A DNA stretch of 64,000 nucleotides from Candidatus Saccharimonadales bacterium (GTDB lineage: Bacteria; Patescibacteriota; Saccharimonadia; Saccharimonadales; 2-12-FULL-41-12). This document shows, one piece after another, positions 58,169-64,000 of this stretch; within the stretch, counting starts at the first letter, position 1, and each line of letters starts with the position of its first letter. The position numbers and the translations under genes were made by a program. The notes below the pieces were generated by a model. The model ran no database searches. It saw nothing but the letters and a program-made list of their open reading frames with translations, and was not told the origin of the DNA. The stretch is taken from NCBI GenBank assembly GCA_041906505.1, contig JAYRJB010000007.1, positions 18,964 to 82,963 on the forward strand, in the 5' to 3' direction.

Positions 58169-60075
58169 AAAAGATACGAATAGTACCACGCGAAGAATCA
58201 GCCTATGCACTCCCGATGGTGTTAATATTGGTTACAATCCTAACTGTCGTAGCCTATGCCACCTTACTTCAAGCAAACAACGGCCTTAACCTCGCCTACA
58301 AGCAAACCTATATTCAAGTTGCACGAATTGCCAGTAAGGCCGCGGTCGATTTTGCTCAAGAGCAGTTTGACAACAGCGCCTGCGGCAATTACACAGGCTC
58401 AGCAGAACAAGACCTTATTGCAAACGAACGTTATCGGGCAACTATAAAATCAGAAGTAATATCTACCTCGGCAGACGGCTACGAAAAAGTAATTAAGGGC
58501 ACTGGGAGTATCTATCTGCCAAAAGCATCCTCGACCGCAAAATACGTCTTTGATATTCGTTCTGAGATCGTTCGGACCTATGCAACTTGTAAAACACCAG
58601 ACAATTTTGCGCCCAAGCTGTGGCTCGATGCAAGCGACACCTCAACGTTAAAAAAGGTTGGCAGCAGCACAACCCCCCTCACACCAACTCCGTCAACCAC
58701 ATTTGTCAACGCGGCTGACTCCACCAGAGACACGCTGGAAGAAAGAGTAGATAATGGCGGGCAAACTACAAATTCGTGGCAAAGCAATGATTTTGAGATG
58801 CACACCTGCGACAGTACAGAGTTCAGCGCCTCAGTTTGTTCAACAAACAGCACAAAGTATTTATATAACGGCATGGTGTATTCGAATGTAAATATACCTA
58901 AAAATTCAACCATAACCAGCGCCACCATTACACTCGCCTGTACGACGCCTTCAGGAACAAGCGGGGCGCTTGCTTCAGATATATACGGCCTATATAAGTC
59001 TGCGGGTAATCCTCATATTGACCTTTTTACCTCAACAGGATCAAATCAACTCAAAACACCCATGACAACAAGTTCACTTCGAACAACCGCCAAAGCGTCG
59101 GTCAGCTCAAACAACTGCCCTCCAGGAAACAATACGGTTTTTGACGTAACAAATGTGGTTCAAGAAATGGTGAACAATTCTAGCTGGAACCCAACCGGAC
59201 CCGGAAATGGCGGGCGAATGGGGTTTGGGTTTGTTCGAACCAGCGGTAATGGCAGCAGGCACCTTTTAAAAGCTGGCAATTTGCTAAACATTTCCTATTC
59301 CACGACTACCGTTAACCCCGCAAATAACCTAGACTCTATTGGCATATGGCAAGACAAGTCGGGCAACAACAATCACGCTGTTTTTGCATATGGCACAGCA
59401 CCAACCAGACAAGACGGACAAATTAACTCAAAAACAGTGGTGAGATTTAACAATGGGGCACTCTTGAGTGCCCTTAATTCAGCAATTACAAACGGCAGGG
59501 AAATGACAGTTTTCGCAGTTTCAAAAGCAAATTACACTACCTCATCCAATGCCGGTCGCCTCATCACAGGCATGAGCTCAACCGGCACCAACGACACAAC
59601 CAGCGCGCAATCAATTATCCCGATTAGACGCGAAGGACTTAACAATGCGTTTGCCCATGTCTACTCTGGGTCGGTAAATACCAATAGTTATCTTTGTGGC
59701 GGCACCTGCGCATCGACCCCCTATATATACACCTCCGCTTTCTCAATAAACAGCACCAACAACACTATTACCGCAATCCTAAAGGGCAATGGATCACCAG
59801 TTGCGACCACAAACAATGTTTCACCAAGCACAGCCACACCACCTTATACATTTTCGATTGATCAGTTTTATATTGGTGGACGGCGCAATGGAACCATGGC
59901 AACTGGCAACGGACAAGACTATTTTAACGGTGATTATGCAGAAATTGTCGTGTATGACAAGGCGCTTACCTGTAGACAGATAGAAGCCCTGGAAGAATAT
60001 TTTCGAGCAAAGTGGAACATCAACACCTCGGCATATCCAACGACCTGTCCAGCTGATGTGATTCCCACCCTTTAA
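58165..60075 (+). CDS. PilX-like N-terminus fused to large C-terminal LamG/concanavalin-like domain (putative pilus-tip adhesin)
   Basis: N-terminal ESAYALPMVLILVTILTVVAYA (PilX-type hydrophobic segment). C-terminal FNGDYAEIVVYDKALTCRQIEALEEYFRAKWNI is typical of LamG-like jellyroll domains. Ser/Thr/Asn-rich middle. Confidence 0.55.
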   Translation: MKKIRIVPREESAYALPMVLILVTILTVVAYATLLQANNGLNLAYKQTYIQVARIASKAAVDFAQEQFDNSACGNYTGSAEQDLIANERYRATIKSEVISTSADGYEKVIKGTGSIYLPKASSTAKYVFDIRSEIVRTYATCKTPDNFAPKLWLDASDTSTLKKVGSSTTPLTPTPSTTFVNAADSTRDTLEERVDNGGQTTNSWQSNDFEMHTCDSTEFSASVCSTNSTKYLYNGMVYSNVNIPKNSTITSATITLACTTPSGTSGALASDIYGLYKSAGNPHIDLFTSTGSNQLKTPMTTSSLRTTAKASVSSNNCPPGNNTVFDVTNVVQEMVNNSSWNPTGPGNGGRMGFGFVRTSGNGSRHLLKAGNLLNISYSTTTVNPANNLDSIGIWQDKSGNNNHAVFAYGTAPTRQDGQINSKTVVRFNNGALLSALNSAITNGREMTVFAVSKANYTTSSNAGRLITGMSSTGTNDTTSAQSIIPIRREGLNNAFAHVYSGSVNTNSYLCGGTCASTPYIYTSAFSINSTNNTITAILKGNGSPVATTNNVSPSTATPPYTFSIDQFYIGGRRNGTMATGNGQDYFNGDYAEIVVYDKALTCRQIEALEEYFRAKWNINTSAYPTTCPADVIPTL

Positions 60076-60146
60076 TTTAACGAAATCTGATATACTAAAC
60101 CCTATAAATAAGGCACAAGCTTAATTAAATAAAAACCCAGGGTGGC

Positions 60147-61214
60147 ATGCATACTTCATCACATTTCTACAAAGACAAACCATTGTTCGGGTTAGATATT
60201 GGTTTTAGTAGCGTCAAGGTTATCCAGCTTGAACCACACGGCAAGAAACAAAAAGTTGTTGGTTACGGCATTGGAAAATTTGATAGCAAAGCAGTGAAGG
60301 ATGGAGTTATCGTCGACTATGAACTTATTGCTCGTTCAATAAAAGAACTCTTCGAGAAAAATATTATTGGTCGAATAAATACACGGCGAGTAGCAATTAC
60401 CGTACCGGCAACCAGAACCTTCACCAGAACTATGACACTTCCCTCACTGGATGATTCCGAGCTAGAGGAAGCAGTTCGTTTAGAGGCCGAGCAATACATC
60501 CCTATGCCACTTGACGATCTTTATCTGGACTACAGTGTCATCAGAAAAGACGACAAGGGCGTTGAGCTTCTTGCAGTTGCGGCACCAAAAAACTTAATTG
60601 ACTCTAATGTCGCGCTCGCGGAAATACTTGGTCTCGAACCAATTGCGTTCGATACAAGCATTCTTGCCGCGGGGCGACTTTTTGAGAAACAGGATATACA
60701 TAATGATATTCCAGCCGTACTTATCGATTTTGGATCGGTTTCATCAGATATAACGGTGCACGACAAAACAGTCATTGTAACTGGAACTATTTCGTCTGGT
60801 GGCGATACCTTCACCGAACAAATTTCTGAAAAACTCAACATTTCCCATGCCGAAGCTCATGTTGTAAAGACAAAGTATGGACTTGGAAAGAGCAAGAAAC
60901 AAAAAGAGATAACTGAGGCGCTCAAGCCTTCGCTGGATAACCTAGTAAAGGAAGTCCAGAGAATGATTCGCTATCATGAAGAACGCTCTGGCTCAAAGCA
61001 AAAAATCGGACAAGTCATTACTATGGGAGGTGGGGCGAATATGCCTGGTTTGAGTGATTTCCTAACAAGCGCCATGCGTATTCCCGTTCGCATGTGTGAC
61101 CCATGGGAGAGCTTGGAGTTCAACAAGCTACAACCGCCGAGTCCGCTCGAAAAATCTATGTACGTAACCGTGGCGGGTTTGTCGCTTATTAGCCCAAAGG
61201 AACTGTTCGCATGA
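60147..61214 (+). CDS. pilM: Type IV pilus assembly protein PilM (actin-like ATPase)
   Basis: FGLDIGFSSVKVIQLE and downstream actin-fold motifs. 355 aa. Confidence 0.85.
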   Translation: MHTSSHFYKDKPLFGLDIGFSSVKVIQLEPHGKKQKVVGYGIGKFDSKAVKDGVIVDYELIARSIKELFEKNIIGRINTRRVAITVPATRTFTRTMTLPSLDDSELEEAVRLEAEQYIPMPLDDLYLDYSVIRKDDKGVELLAVAAPKNLIDSNVALAEILGLEPIAFDTSILAAGRLFEKQDIHNDIPAVLIDFGSVSSDITVHDKTVIVTGTISSGGDTFTEQISEKLNISHAEAHVVKTKYGLGKSKKQKEITEALKPSLDNLVKEVQRMIRYHEERSGSKQKIGQVITMGGGANMPGLSDFLTSAMRIPVRMCDPWESLEFNKLQPPSPLEKSMYVTVAGLSLISPKELFA

Positions 61215-61831
61215 TTAATCTTCTGCCTCCAGAACGCAAAGAAGACATCCGATTTGCGCGATACAATACCAGGCTTGCTGGCTGGACTACTGTTGCCATT
61301 TTTGCGTTAGTAGGCGTTGGACTCATAGTTGGGGGAGGGCTAGTTCTGATGAAACAATCAAGCAAAAACTTCTCCCGGCAGGTTGCAGAATCGAACCAAA
61401 AGCTCCAACAAGAAAATGTGGACGAAACCAAGAAGCGTGTCGATAGTATTTCAAGCAATACAAAACTCGTCGTCCAAGTTCTTTCCAGAGAAATACTATT
61501 CTCTAAACTCCTGCGACAACTTGGTGCATCGGTGCCAGCCGACACGGAGTTATTATCATTTCAAGTCGAAAAGCTTCAAGGAGGACTAACCCTCACTGCA
61601 GCTGCAAAAGATATCAATTCAGCAACACAGCTACAGCTAAATCTACAGGACCCCAAGAACAAAATTTTTGAAAAGGCTGACATCGAAAATATTAACTGTG
61701 CAGGTGCATCAAATGAGAGCAAAAAAAACCTTCCCTGCGTTGTCCAAATTCGGGCACTTTTTACAAAGAATAACCCCTACCTCTATATAACGCCGACTGG
61801 CTCAACCAACACCACGGAGAAAAAACCATGA
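61211..61831 (+). CDS. pilN: Type IV pilus assembly protein PilN
   Basis: MINLLPPERKEDIRFARYN followed by a single TM, the canonical PilN N-terminus. 4-nt overlap with pilM. Confidence 0.75.
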   Translation: MINLLPPERKEDIRFARYNTRLAGWTTVAIFALVGVGLIVGGGLVLMKQSSKNFSRQVAESNQKLQQENVDETKKRVDSISSNTKLVVQVLSREILFSKLLRQLGASVPADTELLSFQVEKLQGGLTLTAAAKDINSATQLQLNLQDPKNKIFEKADIENINCAGASNESKKNLPCVVQIRALFTKNNPYLYITPTGSTNTTEKKP

Positions 61832-62463
61832 AGCCTAAGAAGTACTTCTTCGTTATGCTAGGTGTTTTCTTGCTGCTTGTTGTGGCTATTTTGGGCGCAA
61901 CTGTCGGAGGCAACGCACTGCTACAAAAAGAGTCAAAAAAACTCACCGAGCTAAAGGTGCAAGACAAAGCTACTGAGCAACAAAAGTCTGCGCTCGCCCA
62001 AGCAAAGAAGGACATTGAAAAATACAAAGAACTAGAAACAATATCAAAAAGCATAGTCCCCCAAGACAAGGATCAAGCAAAAACTGTAAGAGAAATAACC
62101 AAAATTGCTGAAGAAAGCGGCATCCGGCTTAAGTCCTTTGTATTCCAAAGCTCAAACCTCGGCCAAGCTCCAGTTGCAGCTCCCAAGCCAGCCGAAGGCG
62201 AATCAAACGCCAGTACGCCCACGACCCCGGCTGCGCCACCCTTAAGTCAAGTGAAGCCCGTTGATGGAATTCCAGGGGTATACGCACTCGAGATTATTGT
62301 AAGTCCACAGGATAAGCAAAATATTTCCTATCAAAACTTTCTTACTTTTTTGGAGCGACTGGAAAGCAACCGCCGAACCGCCCATGTTGACAAAATCAGC
62401 GTAAGTCCTAATGAATACGGGGTAACCTTTTCGCTTACCTTAAAGGCGTACGTAAAGCCATGA
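61828..62463 (+). CDS. pilO: PilO-like pilus assembly protein
   Basis: N-terminal TM, coiled-coil, C-terminal ferredoxin-like region. 4-nt overlap with pilN. Confidence 0.55.
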   Translation: MKPKKYFFVMLGVFLLLVVAILGATVGGNALLQKESKKLTELKVQDKATEQQKSALAQAKKDIEKYKELETISKSIVPQDKDQAKTVREITKIAEESGIRLKSFVFQSSNLGQAPVAAPKPAEGESNASTPTTPAAPPLSQVKPVDGIPGVYALEIIVSPQDKQNISYQNFLTFLERLESNRRTAHVDKISVSPNEYGVTFSLTLKAYVKP

Positions 62464-62759
62464 AGCTCGACACAAAAATACTTATCAAAAAAGCCAAAGA
62501 TCTTTTGGCAAAGTACAAAAAGTATTCTGGCTTTGTGTTTATTGTCATCATACTTGGACTATACTCATTTTTGGTATTCCAGATAAGTCGACTCACTCTC
62601 GCCGATCCCGCACCGTCTGCGGTTGACCAACAGGTGCAAAACACGGGAAGAATTAAGATCGACCAGGAATCAATCAATAAAATACAACAGCTCGAAGACC
62701 AAAGCGTTCAAGTGCAGTCGCTGTTTGAATCAGCTCGAGACAATCCGTTTCAAGACTAA
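62460..62759 (+). CDS. Small membrane-anchored protein (possible PilP-like accessory)
   Basis: 99 aa, one TM, coupled by a 4-nt overlap to the pilO-like gene. Confidence 0.4.
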   Translation: MKLDTKILIKKAKDLLAKYKKYSGFVFIVIILGLYSFLVFQISRLTLADPAPSAVDQQVQNTGRIKIDQESINKIQQLEDQSVQVQSLFESARDNPFQD

Positions 62760-62762
62760 TAG

Positions 62763-63422
62763 CTAGTTGTTGTCTTTGTGGGCATACTTCTGCTCATACA
62801 TCGCCCGGGCATCAAGTAGGGCTTTTGCGTAGGCATTGGGGTTGGGACAATAATGAAAAATAAAATTATTTTGCTCGCCCGCAGTTTCTATCTTGAGCGT
62901 GCCATAGTTAAAAAGTGTCGCGAATATCCCTTTCTGTTGAGCTGTAACATCCTCGACATTGCTCATTGAAAGCTCTGATACTTTTCGATTAAATAGTCCG
63001 ACTTGTAACACTTGCGTAATATTCTGGTCAGTCACAATCAGTTGATGAGAGTTGTAAATTCGCGTTGCCAATATCATGAAAACTATTCCAAATGCGACTG
63101 CCAACAACGCAAATAAATACACAAGGGCATTTGCGGCTGCTGAACTTAAGTTCAGCGACTCTAACACCCCGCCAATAAGAAAAAATATTAACCCAAGGCT
63201 TAGTAGCAGTCCCAGCGATATTTGCAAATATACCAGCAACAAACCAAAGGGATGCTGCCGCACATCCGCAACACGTACTTCATCATTATTTATGTTCTCT
63301 ATCTTGCCTGTAGGATCATAGACTGGCTGTCTTCGGTCAAAAGCCTTTGGAGTTACTTCGCTATCAACAGGAGCAGTTCTTGGCTCTTCGTTTGACGGCG
63401 ATGCTTCTTGGTTTGGTGGCAT
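62763..63422 (-). CDS. Bacterial PH-domain (bPH_2/YdbS-like) membrane protein
   Basis: Two TM helices followed by the GIFATLFNYGTLKIETAGE PH-like motif. Confidence 0.6.
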   Translation of the reverse strand: MPPNQEASPSNEEPRTAPVDSEVTPKAFDRRQPVYDPTGKIENINNDEVRVADVRQHPFGLLLVYLQISLGLLLSLGLIFFLIGGVLESLNLSSAAANALVYLFALLAVAFGIVFMILATRIYNSHQLIVTDQNITQVLQVGLFNRKVSELSMSNVEDVTAQQKGIFATLFNYGTLKIETAGEQNNFIFHYCPNPNAYAKALLDARAMYEQKYAHKDNN

Positions 63423-63435
63423 GGTAATTGACGTA

Positions 63436-64000
63436 TTATATCAGCTTGGTTTGATCAGACTTTGCATTGATTGGAATATCGAAATGCTCATACGCTAAAC
63501 GAGTTGCCTTTCTGCCCCTCGGTGTTCGTTCTAAAAGTCCAACCTGCATTAAATATGGTTCAAAAAAATCTTCAATGGTGGTACGTTCGTCCCCCGTTAA
63601 AGCCGCCAAGGTTTCAACACCGACCGGACCACCGTGATGCCTTTCAATGAGGGTAATCAACACCTTTCTGTCAGCTGGATCTAAACCTAAACTATCTATC
63701 TCCATCATATCAAGCGCTTTTTTAGTAGTGGGGGCATCAATAATACCATCGCCATTCACGTCAGCGTAATCTCGAACCCTTTTTAGTAATCTGTTGGCAA
63801 TTCTCGGTGTTAGACGTGCTCTTTTTGCAAGATACAATGCCGAATCTCTATCAATTGGAACGCCTATTATTCCGGCCGCTCTCTCAATAATTTCTGCAAT
63901 CTCCTGGTCGCTATAAAACTCTAAACGATATTGGTGGCCGAATCGATCTCTTAGAGGAGCGGCCAGGGCGCCAGTTCTGGTGGTTGCCCCTATGATTGTA
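63436..64000 (-). CDS. ruvB: Holliday junction helicase RuvB, C-terminal part (5' end outside the window)
   Basis: Reverse frame reads TIIGATTRTGALAAPLRDRFGHQYRLEFY...LAKRARLTPRIANRLLKRVRDYADV. The ORF is open to the window edge. Confidence 0.85.
   Translation of the reverse strand, partial: TIIGATTRTGALAAPLRDRFGHQYRLEFYSDQEIAEIIERAAGIIGVPIDRDSALYLAKRARLTPRIANRLLKRVRDYADVNGDGIIDAPTTKKALDMMEIDSLGLDPADRKVLITLIERHHGGPVGVETLAALTGDERTTIEDFFEPYLMQVGLLERTPRGRKATRLAYEHFDIPINAKSDQTKLI

Noticed and set aside
1-64000. CRISPR arrays, IS elements or transposases, integrases, rRNA genes, restriction-modification or toxin-antitoxin pairs
   Set aside because: I looked for regularly spaced direct repeats, terminal inverted repeats, DDE/tyrosine-recombinase motifs and rRNA signatures and found none.

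Overview
This 64-kb window is a gene-dense stretch of bacterial chromosome with no mobile elements, CRISPR arrays or rRNA genes. Its gene content and architecture point to a reduced-genome monoderm, most plausibly a Saccharibacteria/CPR-like organism; this is inference, not a database result. The evidence is many overlapping or coupled genes, truncated TsaB and MurI, LPXTG sortase substrates, an rny-ymdB pair, TTG/GTG starts and TATACT-type -10 boxes. Housekeeping content: a glycolytic pgk-tpiA-pyk block; peptidoglycan genes murD, murI, murB and an unusual XRE-HTH::MurA fusion; folD, glyA and pyrB; a DEAD-box helicase; the rny-ymdB pair; tsaE-tsaB; a recA-mazG-ydjM-recX cluster; and a partial ruvB. 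Energy content: a complete cyoABCDE quinol-oxidase operon plus NDH-2 and an FAD-linked oxidase. Surface and envelope content: an LPXTG/PKD surface protein downstream of a coiled-coil membrane protein and a histidine kinase, a VKOR homologue, a fasciclin-domain protein, a lamin-tail-domain protein, and a large type IV pilus locus (pilin, pilB, pilC, pilA, two minor pilins, a PilX-like LamG adhesin, pilM, pilN, pilO). Eight tRNAs are present, including tRNA-His with an encoded G-1. The most notable items are: a high-confidence heliorhodopsin gene in a block of small membrane proteins, downstream of a TreT-like GT4 gene and a TetR gene with two perfect tandem 16-bp palindromic operators; a four-gene overlapping membrane operon pairing a CTP-dependent polyprenol (dolichol)-kinase-like protein with a steroid-5-alpha-reductase-superfamily protein; the HTH-MurA fusion; a bacterial SET-domain protein abutting a tRNA; and a 19-nt duplication of the tRNA-Glu 5' segment flanking a hairpin-rich 160-bp spacer.
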